In this document: one piece after another, positions 30,398-40,313 of the stretch
How positions within the stretch are numbered: position 1 is the stretch's first letter
Layout of the letters: each line of letters opens with the position of its first letter
Assembly (NCBI GenBank): GCA_047638595.1
Contig: JBLIMJ010000001.1
Coordinates: 7,768 to 71,767 of the forward strand
DNA: 64,000 nucleotides
Reading direction: 5' to 3'
DNA from: Acidimicrobiales bacterium
GTDB lineage: Bacteria > Patescibacteriota > Minisyncoccia > Phycocordibacterales > UBA918
Notes under the pieces: generated by a model
The model's database searches: none
What the model was told of the DNA's origin: nothing
Seen by the model: only the letters and a program-made list of their open reading frames with translations
Translations under genes and position numbers: made by a program

Positions 30398-30793
30398 TTA
30401 AAAAGTTACTACTGACTGATAACTGCTCACTACTACCTCAGGATATATCTCCGCTACCTCTACTATAACGCGATAGACATAACTGTTAACATCACCTTGT
30501 GTGCGTATCGTACGGGTACCATCCACCTCTTCTGCAATTAAAAATATGTCACACTGACCTGAGTCAAATGTAAGTGTTTCATCTCCTAAATAATGAAGCT
30601 CCGTAGAGAGCTGAGCTAATGCATGTGCAGCGCATGCATGAGCAAGCGATACTGCCCGTTCATGGTCCTGTGATGCAATACCTCTCACCGATGCGCCAAG
30701 AGAACGTGAGGTAGCACCCACTGCAAGCGACAAAAACAAGGTACTTAATACCAATACTGAAGTAATTGCTATAAATCCTTGTTGTTTTTTCAT
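30398..30793 (-). CDS. Minor pilin-like protein (PilX-like non-canonical leader)
   Basis: MKKQQGFIAITSVLVLSTLFLSLAV, a prepilin-like N-terminus lacking the conserved Glu. Confidence 0.35.
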   Translation of the reverse strand: MKKQQGFIAITSVLVLSTLFLSLAVGATSRSLGASVRGIASQDHERAVSLAHACAAHALAQLSTELHYLGDETLTFDSGQCDIFLIAEEVDGTRTIRTQGDVNSYVYRVIVEVAEIYPEVVVSSYQSVVTF

Positions 30794-31311
30794 GGTGTAT
30801 ATTGAAGTGTGAGTGTGGTAGCAGTTTCCAAGTGTGCCTGTTCAGAAGCAAGCAGACTTTCTGTTACGATTGAAACACCAAGCTGTACCTGCACTGAGTG
30901 ATATCCATCCAGAGGTGATTTATTTGAATACGTTACCGTACTCTGCATATCATTACTATGGAGCGGTATCGGTGCTGCTGTCCCCTCTTGCAGGTAAAGT
31001 ACCCCATCAACCAATGATACCACTGAAGGGTCCAGCAACGGGTCATACATCGAAAAAGTCACACTACTGGATGTTGCAGTACTAGCAGGATTAGTCACCG
31101 CATAGGCGCCGGAAGAAATACGCTGTAGTGTCGCCAGTACAAATGAACTAACATACCCAACTTCCTGAAGATTCTCTGTCTTTTGTGAGGCGCGGAGCAT
31201 GTCAATACTGACACCACTGATAACAAACACTATTACTGAAGAGATAGCCATATAGAGCAAGAGCTCAATGAGTGTAAATCCTTTTTGTTTGTTGAGGGTA
31301 TGTGTATACAT
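30790..31311 (-). CDS. Minor pilin / pseudopilin
   Basis: KQKG|FTLIELLLYMAISSVIVFVISG. Confidence 0.6.
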   Translation of the reverse strand: MYTHTLNKQKGFTLIELLLYMAISSVIVFVISGVSIDMLRASQKTENLQEVGYVSSFVLATLQRISSGAYAVTNPASTATSSSVTFSMYDPLLDPSVVSLVDGVLYLQEGTAAPIPLHSNDMQSTVTYSNKSPLDGYHSVQVQLGVSIVTESLLASEQAHLETATTLTLQYTP

Positions 31312-31314
31312 ATA

Positions 31315-32127
31315 TTATGATTGGACCCGCGTGTAACGCTTACTGCCGTCACTTAGATATGTCGTGATAAGGACGTCCGTAGCACGCATGTCTGAAGTAA
31401 AGAGTAACGGGCCAAACGTCACTGGCACACCGTCACTACCTATAAGTATATCAATCGTATCTACCAACTCTCCAGAAACCGCCGCCTCACTGGTAGTTGC
31501 CGAATATACAACCAAACCATCAATAGATACTCCTGAGAGCTTGGCACCCCCATCCCACTCTGCGCTGAGTTGCGTTATGGTGAGATTGGCAGATGATTGT
31601 GTGTTAGCGACAGTTATACCCTCAATAGATGTACCCCCCGAAGCATATAGCACTGCACTGGTGTCAAAATACAGGTATGCTGCATCATCAGCCGTCTGCT
31701 CCCAATTTGATACATAGGTTGTATATGAAACGGTACCTGTACGTGCAGCGGTAATATCCCAAGTGACGGTACTTACCACAAGATATGTCTGCTCATCAAC
31801 GGTGGTGATTACTACCGTACGAGTATATTTCCCGGAGGTATCTACGCTTCCAGAAAACCCCCATACACCATCTGTTACTGCCAGACCATGCGTCCCAACA
31901 GATAAAGAATCAAACGAATTTTGAGAGATGGATGTAACTGCGGCAAGACCCTCTTGTGCAAGTTCCTGTGCTTGTACTTGTTCAGTAGACTGACGTACTG
32001 ATACTTGTGTTTGAAAAATTAAGTACGCTACCGTACTTATGGAGACCACTGCCAAACTCATTGCAAATAGAGCCTCAATCAAAGACTGGCCTTGTATACG
32101 ATGTAGTTTGGATTGGTAATATATCAT
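31315..32127 (-). CDS. Minor pilin (PilW-like)
   Basis: GQSLIEALFAMSLAVVSISTVAYLIF N-terminus; 270 aa. Confidence 0.55.
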   Translation of the reverse strand: MIYYQSKLHRIQGQSLIEALFAMSLAVVSISTVAYLIFQTQVSVRQSTEQVQAQELAQEGLAAVTSISQNSFDSLSVGTHGLAVTDGVWGFSGSVDTSGKYTRTVVITTVDEQTYLVVSTVTWDITAARTGTVSYTTYVSNWEQTADDAAYLYFDTSAVLYASGGTSIEGITVANTQSSANLTITQLSAEWDGGAKLSGVSIDGLVVYSATTSEAAVSGELVDTIDILIGSDGVPVTFGPLLFTSDMRATDVLITTYLSDGSKRYTRVQS

Positions 32128-32131
32128 GACA

Positions 32132-32554
32132 TTATTTTACAAAACCTGAATCATAGACCAGTAACGTCTGGGTTGCATGTGCATATGTAAAGGTAAGTGT
32201 CCCAGTTGCAGAAGGATAGCCTGTATGCTGTGCAAAGACTATTTCATCAACACCACTGTATTGAAGTGTGCTCGGTAGGGCGAATGAGGCGTCCTGTGCA
32301 CCGTCGCGCGTGCTGTATGAGTCGCCTTGAAATAATACATACTGACCAGACAGCATCTTTACGCCGTGGGAGCTATCGTTTTTTTGTGTCACTGCATACA
32401 TCTGGGCATTACGTATTGAAGTCTCTACCCCACCTTCAATTTCAGACAGCACTTGTGCATTGTAGAATGACAACGATACAGGAAAAGCAAAAACGGTAAC
32501 AATACCAAATAACGCCACCACCAATATAAATTCAATAAGAGAAAATCCTGTCAT
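32132..32554 (-). CDS. Minor pilin / pseudopilin (FimT/GspH-like)
   Basis: MTG|FSLIEFILVVALFGIVTVFAFP. Confidence 0.6.
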   Translation of the reverse strand: MTGFSLIEFILVVALFGIVTVFAFPVSLSFYNAQVLSEIEGGVETSIRNAQMYAVTQKNDSSHGVKMLSGQYVLFQGDSYSTRDGAQDASFALPSTLQYSGVDEIVFAQHTGYPSATGTLTFTYAHATQTLLVYDSGFVK

Positions 32555-32569
32555 GTACGAAGAGACTCG

Positions 32570-33622
32570 TTAATTAATACTTCCGGTTAACTTATAAATT
32601 GGTAAAATAATCGCCAATGCAACCATCCCTACAACCATCGCTGTAAAAATCAAAAGTATAGGCTCAATGATTGTTGGAAGCTGCTTTGCTTTTGCCTTCA
32701 CTTCTTTTGTATAAAATTCTGTTAAATACCCAAAAGAATCTGACAAAGTACCACTTTGTTCCCCTACGGACACAATGCCAATACACATAGCTGGGTACAA
32801 TCGAGGATACTGTTTCATAGCCTGAGAAAGTGTCTTTCCAGAAACCGCACTTTGCTCCATGGTTGTTACTGATTCTTTAAAGCGTTGATTAGGCACTGCT
32901 TTACGTACTACTTCGATAGACTGTGTAATAGGTAATCCGCTATGTAACAATGTTGCGAAAAGCTGGGTCATTAGTGCGAGTTGGTACTGTAAAAGAATGG
33001 GGCCAATAAATGGAGTGTAGATTTGCAGGGTGTCTAAAAAATAACGTACTTTGGGGAAGCGTTTGATTATTGCTAAAAACACCACGGTCATCACAACACC
33101 AAGAATACACCATAGCCATTGCGCCTGAAGAAATGTGGAAACAGACAGTAGTATTTTTGTAATCAAAGGGAGCTCAACATCCAACCGTCCAAACAGTGAC
33201 ATGAGTCGGGGCAATATCAACACTGCTAATGCACCACCAAGCAGTACCGTTGCACCAAAAACGAGCTTCGGATACAGTGTTGCTCCATCAACCTCACGTT
33301 TGAGATCGGCAGCCCGTTCAAACCAATCAGCCAGAAAAGTAAGATTTTCTCTAAGAGTTCCACTTTCCTCTCCTGCAGCAACAAGACTCACAAAAATATC
33401 GCCAAACACTTTTCTTTCATTTGAAAATGAAACTGAGAGAAGTGTTCCGTTGCGAACACTCTCTGATACGTTCATGATCGATTTCTTAAAATAAGGTGAC
33501 GCTGCAAGCTCAGCAAGCGTTTCAAGTGCTTGGTCGATAGTAATACCACTCTTAAGCATCACAGAGAGATTGTTCGCAAACTGTGCCTGATCTTGTACTG
33601 ATACTTTGTTGAAGATACCCAT
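32570..33622 (-). CDS. pilC: Type IV pilus platform protein PilC (GspF family)
   Basis: 350 aa with three TM segments and duplicated GspF-type cytoplasmic domains. Confidence 0.85.
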   Translation of the reverse strand: MGIFNKVSVQDQAQFANNLSVMLKSGITIDQALETLAELAASPYFKKSIMNVSESVRNGTLLSVSFSNERKVFGDIFVSLVAAGEESGTLRENLTFLADWFERAADLKREVDGATLYPKLVFGATVLLGGALAVLILPRLMSLFGRLDVELPLITKILLSVSTFLQAQWLWCILGVVMTVVFLAIIKRFPKVRYFLDTLQIYTPFIGPILLQYQLALMTQLFATLLHSGLPITQSIEVVRKAVPNQRFKESVTTMEQSAVSGKTLSQAMKQYPRLYPAMCIGIVSVGEQSGTLSDSFGYLTEFYTKEVKAKAKQLPTIIEPILLIFTAMVVGMVALAIILPIYKLTGSIN

Positions 33623-33626
33623 ACTA

Positions 33627-35306
33627 TTATGAATATGTTGATTTAATTACTTCTTCGACAGTTGTCTGACCGGATAGTGCCTTAAAAATTCCATCATAAA
33701 GCAAAGGTTTCATACCCCTCTCTACAGCAGCCTGATGAATCTCATCTGACGTTGCGTCATTTGAAACCAACACTTTAATCGGATTATCTATGACCAGAAC
33801 TTCAAAAATAGCCGATCGTCCCTGGAACCCTGATTTATGACATATTTTACACCCAACGCCGCGGTAAAAACGTATTTTGGCAATATTTTTCTTGCCACTA
33901 ATCTCCAGAATGTAGGCATACGCTACCTTTTCGCTTTTTACAACTTCTTGCTCTTCTTTTGACAAGAAATAACTCTCTTTACAGTGTAGACAAACAGTTC
34001 TCACTAAACGCAAGGAAACGATAATACGCACAGAAGTCGCCACCAAGAATGACTTCACTCCCATCTCCGCAAGGCGAGGGAATGTTGTTGCCGCGTCATT
34101 AGTATGCAACGTTGAAAGCAGCAGGTGTCCAGTCATCGCAGCATTCACTGAAATATCAGCCGTTTCTTCATCACGAATCTCCCCCACCATTATAATATCG
34201 GGATCTTGACGTACAATCGATCGCAAACCTGTAGAAAACAGAAGATCCTTACTCTTATTTACCTGTGTCTGTTGCACACTTTCAATATCATACTCAACTG
34301 GATCTTCAATGGTCATAATGTTTACCTCAGGTGTATTCAAATGTTCCAATATTGAATATAAAACCGTTGTCTTACCCGAACCAGTGGGGCCAACTGTAAG
34401 TATCATGCCATGAGGTTGCTGCATTGCATGAAGTATTTTTTCATAGTTATCGCTTGAAAAACCAAGTGATTCCAAGCTGTACTGACGCGCACTTGAGGAC
34501 AGGAGTCGCATTACGATGTTTTCTCCACTTGTAACAGGAATAATTGATACACGAATATCAAAGGTACCTTCTGACTGAGTGTAAGAAAAACGTCCATCTT
34601 GAGGCTTGCTTCGCTCATCTGTCTGGAGTTGAGAAAGAATTTTTACACGAAACGAGATTTGTTCATGAACTGATCGTGGGTATGTGATGACCTCATGCAA
34701 CATCCCATCAACACGAAATCTTATACGCACCTTAGACTCCAGTGGTTCAAAATGAATGTCTGATGCTTTACTTTCATGACCATATTCAAGAAACAGATCC
34801 ACCAACTGTACCACCACACCTTCTGTGTTACCCTCAATACACTGTGCAACCAGGACTCCAATGCGTTTTTTATAATCACCTTTATATAAACCAATCGCTT
34901 GGGTAAGCGCGCCCTGTGCAACATAGGCAAATTGTACTTTTTTACCAATCTTTTTTTCAAGTAATTTCTGGAACTCAAAATTGTCAGGAAACAGTGTCGC
35001 AACCATAAGTACATCTTCAGTTTCACCATATACAACTGCTTTTTGTTCTTGAGCGACAATCTCAGGAATAATCTCCAGAAATCGATCTTCTATAGTCACT
35101 TTTTTAAGATCAAAAAACGTATACTCACAAGAATCAGCAATAGTTTTTGCAAGATTGTAATCACTAATAAGACCCAGCGTCACCAATTGAAATTCAACAG
35201 TGGTTTTACTCTTTAATGCCACCTCAGCTGTATATAAAAAATCCTGTTCAGAAACGTGCCCTGGTGACACGAGGACTTCCTTCAGCTGATCAGCAGTAAT
35301 AGACAT
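33627..35306 (-). CDS. pilB: Type IV pilus assembly ATPase PilB (GspE family)
   Basis: Walker A LTVGPTGSGKTT, Asp and His boxes, and a C-terminal tetracysteine CLHC...CKIC. Confidence 0.9.
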   Translation of the reverse strand: MSITADQLKEVLVSPGHVSEQDFLYTAEVALKSKTTVEFQLVTLGLISDYNLAKTIADSCEYTFFDLKKVTIEDRFLEIIPEIVAQEQKAVVYGETEDVLMVATLFPDNFEFQKLLEKKIGKKVQFAYVAQGALTQAIGLYKGDYKKRIGVLVAQCIEGNTEGVVVQLVDLFLEYGHESKASDIHFEPLESKVRIRFRVDGMLHEVITYPRSVHEQISFRVKILSQLQTDERSKPQDGRFSYTQSEGTFDIRVSIIPVTSGENIVMRLLSSSARQYSLESLGFSSDNYEKILHAMQQPHGMILTVGPTGSGKTTVLYSILEHLNTPEVNIMTIEDPVEYDIESVQQTQVNKSKDLLFSTGLRSIVRQDPDIIMVGEIRDEETADISVNAAMTGHLLLSTLHTNDAATTFPRLAEMGVKSFLVATSVRIIVSLRLVRTVCLHCKESYFLSKEEQEVVKSEKVAYAYILEISGKKNIAKIRFYRGVGCKICHKSGFQGRSAIFEVLVIDNPIKVLVSNDATSDEIHQAAVERGMKPLLYDGIFKALSGQTTVEEVIKSTYS

Positions 35307-35326
35307 AATATATAGTCACCATACCA

Positions 35327-35710
35327 TTAACTTGGTAAGTAACTCTGCACTTTTTCAGCCAGTTCTTTTAGTGAGATATTTGACTTAATTAAGAAACCCG
35401 CTGCACCCAACTTCATGGCTTCATCAATGTCGGACTGCTGACCTAAATTTGAGGTAACTAGTATTGGGATCTTTTTTACATCCTCATTTTTATCTTTTTG
35501 GATCTCAGCCAAAACCTCAAAACCAGATTTTACAGGCATCATCAAGTCTAGGAGCACCAAGTCAGGTGCGTCAGAGCGAATGCACACAAGTGCTTTTTCC
35601 CCATCTTGAGCATGTATTACTGTATATCCATCAAGTTCAAGCTTACGAATATACGAGCGTGCGACAAACTTCTCGTCATCACAAAGCAAAATAGTGTGTG
35701 TATTTTTCAT
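35327..35710 (-). CDS. Single-domain CheY-like response regulator (PilH-like), first gene of the T4P operon
   Basis: 127 aa receiver with conserved Asp residues (LLCDDE..., LVLLDLMMPVKSG). Confidence 0.8.
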   Translation of the reverse strand: MKNTHTILLCDDEKFVARSYIRKLELDGYTVIHAQDGEKALVCIRSDAPDLVLLDLMMPVKSGFEVLAEIQKDKNEDVKKIPILVTSNLGQQSDIDEAMKLGAAGFLIKSNISLKELAEKVQSYLPS

Positions 35711-36037
35711 AAAATAGTAAATGATTATGTGTAAATATAGATTTATACCTTTTTCTCCTGAAGCGCTTTTTCTTTAAGTTGTGGTAATTCTTTAGGTACG
35801 GTCTCGTATTTCTATATAACAGAAACACAAATTTTTATCATAGTGGATAAACACGCAAAAAACATTATAAAATTAATTTCTACCCGTAGAGATTAACTGG
35901 ATTTCAATTTTAAAATAGGTAGTTAAAACTCATACCATTAACAATACGTGTCATTCATATAGTGTAACCTTTATAAATATCACAAAAAATAGCTAATTTA
36001 ATGCTAAAATTAAGTTCAAATATAAATAAAATCAAGA

Positions 36038-36706
36038 ATGCGTGTATTAGTTGTTGAGGATGAAGAAAAAATCAGAATATTTCTTAAGAAAAGCCTTGAA
36101 GCTGAATGTTTTGCTGTGGATGCTGTAAGTGATGGGAATGAGGGTCTAGAACTCGCTTTACTCAATGAGTACGATATCATCCTTCTTGATAATGTCTTAC
36201 CCAACAAAACAGGCCTTGAAATCTGTAGTGATATCCGACATGCTGGGAAAATGGTACCAATAATCATGCTCTCAGTCCGTTCAGAAACTGACATTAAGGT
36301 GAGGGCACTCAACGCCGGTGCGGATGACTATCTTACAAAGCCATTTTCATTTGAAGAGCTAGTGGCTCGTGTCCACGCACTCCTGCGACGACCCGCTATT
36401 CTTGAAGAAGAAATCCTTACCATTAGTGACGTAACACTTGACACAAAACAACACGTCGTTACACGAAGAAAAGAAGAGATAAAGCTCACACGAAAAGAGT
36501 TTATGCTACTTGAGTATCTTATGAAAAATGAAGGAATAGTTCTTTCGCGAGGAATGCTTATGGAGCATGTATGGGACATGAATGCTGACCCATTTTCAAA
36601 TACCATCGAGTCACACATTTTAAGTTTACGAAGAAAACTTGGACACACTAAAAGAAACGACCTCATCCAGACTGTTCCTGGCAGAGGATATAAAATCATG
36701 CCCTAA
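36038..36706 (+). CDS. OmpR-family two-component response regulator
   Basis: Receiver domain (VLVVEDE, DIILLDNVLP) plus a winged-helix effector domain (LTRKEFMLLEYLMKNEGIVLSR...GYKI). Confidence 0.85.
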   Translation: MRVLVVEDEEKIRIFLKKSLEAECFAVDAVSDGNEGLELALLNEYDIILLDNVLPNKTGLEICSDIRHAGKMVPIIMLSVRSETDIKVRALNAGADDYLTKPFSFEELVARVHALLRRPAILEEEILTISDVTLDTKQHVVTRRKEEIKLTRKEFMLLEYLMKNEGIVLSRGMLMEHVWDMNADPFSNTIESHILSLRRKLGHTKRNDLIQTVPGRGYKIMP

Positions 36707-36840
36707 ACAACTTATAAAAATTACAGTTTTTATTGACTTTTACTAAGTTGATTTTCTATTTTTAAGTAAGTATCTCTTCATACTGTTTTTTTTATAGTTA
36801 AAAGGTACAGATCTTTACAATTGAAAAAAGGAAGAATGAA

Positions 36841-37593
36841 ATGGAAGAAAATAACACTATATACGCAGCATGGGATAAATATGCAAAAGTGTATGATACT
36901 CTATGCACATTAACTCCATATATGGAGCTTGTGACACAGGTTACAAATACTGTTTCCTGTAGTAGAGATTCCCACATACTCGATGTTGGTTGTGGTACAG
37001 GAAATTTGTTAGCTTCGTTACAAACTCGTCACCCACGAGTAAAATTAACTGGTGTTGACGGATCATGCACAATGCTCGCAGAGGTATCTAGAAAGTATCC
37101 GGAATCTCAATTCATATTACGTAGGGCAAACTTCAATGAAAAATTACCTTTTGCTGCTGATGTTTTTACACATCTTGTAAGTGTAAATGTACTGTATGCA
37201 GTTGAAGACCCTATATACACACTCAGTGAAATGTATCGTGTATTAAAAAAGGGTGGATCACTCACACTGGTCACACCTAAAATAGGGTATGAGAATGGAC
37301 TTATTCTAAAAGAGCATGCCAAAAGTAATAAAACCGACCAGTATTGGAAGGGTGCACATATTTCGGAAGAGCGCGAACTTGCGCTCATCAAAGAAGCGGT
37401 GCACGACCAAAAGTTACAAAATGCACTAATGGAAATTGCCTCACATAACAGACAAATAGCATCCACTAGTACATTCCATTTTTTTAATCAATCCGGCTTG
37501 ATACATCTTGTTAAAAGCATAGGCTTTTCTCTAATCTCAACAGTTTCTTGTTATGCAAAGCAAGGACTGTTACTTCAAGCTCGAAAGGAGTAA
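36841..37593 (+). CDS. Class I SAM-dependent methyltransferase
   Basis: ILDVGCGTGNL (motif I) and VLKKGGSLTLV. Confidence 0.7.
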   Translation: MEENNTIYAAWDKYAKVYDTLCTLTPYMELVTQVTNTVSCSRDSHILDVGCGTGNLLASLQTRHPRVKLTGVDGSCTMLAEVSRKYPESQFILRRANFNEKLPFAADVFTHLVSVNVLYAVEDPIYTLSEMYRVLKKGGSLTLVTPKIGYENGLILKEHAKSNKTDQYWKGAHISEERELALIKEAVHDQKLQNALMEIASHNRQIASTSTFHFFNQSGLIHLVKSIGFSLISTVSCYAKQGLLLQARKE

Positions 37594-37597
37594 CATA

Positions 37598-38203
37598 ATG
37601 AAAAAAATTGAACTCTTTGGGTCCGATAGCGCTGGATACCCAGCAGTATCCACTTTTGCACAAGAGATTTACTGGAGTAAGCTGTCTTTTTCACTCAACC
37701 ACTTCCCTGAACTTTTTTTTGCGATTACGGAAGATGATCATATTTTAGGTTGTATGGGACTTAATACAAATGTGCGATCTCCCCTTTTTCTCAACAACTT
37801 TTATTTCAAGCAATACACAGCGAATCAGGGTAAAAATATTAAAATTTCTGAGCAAAGTGTGCTTGCTTTAAACAGGTACAGCTTAGGGCTTCCTATATTG
37901 ATTTCTGTGACAGCGGCTTACGCACACAGTATAGATATTCAAAGAATTGTGTACGCAGGGATCGACGTTTCCTGTAAAGCAATCGAGAGCCTTGGATATC
38001 AGGTAACAAAATGTGGACAAGTGGACCTTGGAACACTTCCACACCAGGAACAAAAGAATTATATTCCTTGGAGAGAAACTTATAATCCTGAAATATACAT
38101 CCTTGATACTCAACCATCAAACACTATCTGCTCACTACTGATGGAACGTTTGCAGACAAAAATTAAAATGTCAGCTAATCTTAGACGACTAATACAGCTA
38201 TAG
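37598..38203 (+). CDS. Hypothetical protein (about 200 aa)
   Basis: Start taken at the ATG preceded by aaaggag; no family recognised by eye. Confidence 0.3.
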   Translation: MKKIELFGSDSAGYPAVSTFAQEIYWSKLSFSLNHFPELFFAITEDDHILGCMGLNTNVRSPLFLNNFYFKQYTANQGKNIKISEQSVLALNRYSLGLPILISVTAAYAHSIDIQRIVYAGIDVSCKAIESLGYQVTKCGQVDLGTLPHQEQKNYIPWRETYNPEIYILDTQPSNTICSLLMERLQTKIKMSANLRRLIQL

Positions 38204-38204
38204 A

Positions 38205-38230
38205 CATAACCCCCGCCTAAACTAGGCGGG
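38205..38230 (+). terminator. Rho-independent terminator
   Basis: cccccgcct-aaact-aggcgggg followed by a T-rich tract. Confidence 0.5.
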
Positions 38231-38324
38231 GCTTATTATTTTTAATGACTCACTGACATAAATATATTTTGCAAGCTACTAAATACTTTATTTTTAGGCA
38301 ATTTATGTATACACTGCAGAGGCC

Positions 38325-40304
38325 ATGGGGATATTGAGTATAGTTATCAAAATAACCTTAGTAATAACAATCTTGTTAGATGGATTACTGTGTATTGTTG
38401 TTTTTAATGCACATAAATTTAAACTACTAAATACTCTTTTATTGATACATCTTTTAGGTATTTCTGTTTGGGCGTTTAGTGTTTTGTATCTACTTATTCA
38501 CAACAGTGTATTTGCTGCCCAGAGCACATACGCAGCGGCACTTATTCTTTCAATTGCAAAATTTTATTTTGTTCTCTCATTTCCTGAAAATACACCACCA
38601 AAAAATATATTGTGGTACGTGCCCTTAGTGCCGGCGATCTACGTTTTATACGCATCCTTTATTAGTAATACATATTTCTTATCTTTTACTGTTGTTAATG
38701 GTTATTATATTTCTGTTGAGAACGGACCTCTTGCCTCTGTATATGCACTTTGTGTAACTTTTTTCCTTATTACACCAATTATACTCCTACACAGAAAACA
38801 TACACGGATTAAGTACGGGACACTCATTAGTAAACAAATCAAATATTTACTATACGGTACATCCTTCTTTTTCATTCTTGGTCTTGTAACCAACTCTCTC
38901 CTCCCTGTTTTCTTTGGTATCTACTTTTTTAATGGAATAGGCCCTTCTTTCGCACTCGTACTTGCAGGTTTCATTGTATTTATAATTTCAAAACATCATT
39001 TTCTCGACCTTCGTCTTGTTATTCAGAGAGGGTTAATCTATATAATGTTGTTAATAGTAATTATTGGATTTTACCTATCTATTCTCACGATATTCGGAAT
39101 GATTGCCCACCAAGTAGCCCCCATAGTGAGTGCTGCCATCACAACAATCATTGGAATTTTCAGCGTTCCATATATCGACGCATTCCTCAGAAAGAAAACA
39201 GACCCCTTTTTCTTTAAGAATATATATCGATATCGTGAGGCAATGCAAGAATTAAGTGAAATACTTAATCTAAACATCTCATTTGATACTATTACTACGG
39301 AATTTTCACTTAAACTCCAAGAAATATTGAAATCATCTGCAGTAACCCTCCAGCTTGATAATAAAAACCAATCATTCCTGCTTAACACAGAAAACACCCT
39401 GTCTATACCTATAACGTCCAATATTGGGAAAATAGGAGTACTTTTTTTAGGGGAAAAAAGATCTGGTGATCCTTATACAAAAACAGATAAACAACTTTTA
39501 GAGACTCTCTCTCATCAAATAGCAACAGCGTTGACACGTGCAAAACTCCATAAGCAAGTCAAGGACTATTCTCATAGACTTGAAAAGAAGGTGAGAGAGA
39601 GAACTTTGCAGTTAGAAGATGCTCAAGAACGTCAGCGACAGATGATACATAATATTTCACACAGTTTACAAACACCATTAACAATTATGAAGAGTGAGTT
39701 AGGCTACATAAAATCAAAAACAACTGAATTTGAGCAATTTGAAGCTATTGAAACAGTCATCGATGATGTGTCTACTTTTATATATGATTTACTCAAACTC
39801 GCAGAGTTCGAATCAGTAACGGAGCAACCAGACATGAAAAAACTAAATATAAGTCTACTTTTAAACGAAATTGTAGAATATATAACCATCATTGCTACAG
39901 AGAAGAACATCATTCTTTCACATTCAATACTTCCTGATATATATGTCTATGGTTCATCACGGAAACTTAAAGAACTTTTTTTGAGCATCATCAGCAACTC
40001 CATGAAATATATGAATGAAACTGGTCAACATAAAATATCTATCGGTGCAACATCAATCAATACAAATGTCATTATTTCTATTTCCGACACAGGTATAGGT
40101 ATCGACAAAAATGAACTCCAACAGATATTCAGGAGACTTTACAGATCCCCAAATGTTAAAAATCTCAGAGGTTCAGGCCTAGGACTCTCGATTGCAAAAA
40201 CAATTGCACAGGCTCACAAAGGAGACATAGCTGTAGAAAGCATCCTCTTTAAAGGAAGTACTTTTACCGTTACCTTACCTAAGGCAGATAGCGAAACACC
40301 CTAA
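38325..40304 (+). CDS. Sensor histidine kinase with a polytopic (about 7-8 TM) N-terminal sensor domain
   Basis: HisKA box HNISHSLQTPLT and HATPase_c box GSGLGLSIAKTIA. Confidence 0.8.
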   Translation: MGILSIVIKITLVITILLDGLLCIVVFNAHKFKLLNTLLLIHLLGISVWAFSVLYLLIHNSVFAAQSTYAAALILSIAKFYFVLSFPENTPPKNILWYVPLVPAIYVLYASFISNTYFLSFTVVNGYYISVENGPLASVYALCVTFFLITPIILLHRKHTRIKYGTLISKQIKYLLYGTSFFFILGLVTNSLLPVFFGIYFFNGIGPSFALVLAGFIVFIISKHHFLDLRLVIQRGLIYIMLLIVIIGFYLSILTIFGMIAHQVAPIVSAAITTIIGIFSVPYIDAFLRKKTDPFFFKNIYRYREAMQELSEILNLNISFDTITTEFSLKLQEILKSSAVTLQLDNKNQSFLLNTENTLSIPITSNIGKIGVLFLGEKRSGDPYTKTDKQLLETLSHQIATALTRAKLHKQVKDYSHRLEKKVRERTLQLEDAQERQRQMIHNISHSLQTPLTIMKSELGYIKSKTTEFEQFEAIETVIDDVSTFIYDLLKLAEFESVTEQPDMKKLNISLLLNEIVEYITIIATEKNIILSHSILPDIYVYGSSRKLKELFLSIISNSMKYMNETGQHKISIGATSINTNVIISISDTGIGIDKNELQQIFRRLYRSPNVKNLRGSGLGLSIAKTIAQAHKGDIAVESILFKGSTFTVTLPKADSETP

Positions 40305-40313
40305 TAAAATATA

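Noticed and set aside
36016-36699. Minus-strand ORFs (98 and 123 aa) overlapping the OmpR-type regulator gene
   Set aside because: Antisense to a clear receiver plus winged-helix CDS, and Ser/Arg-rich nonsense translations.
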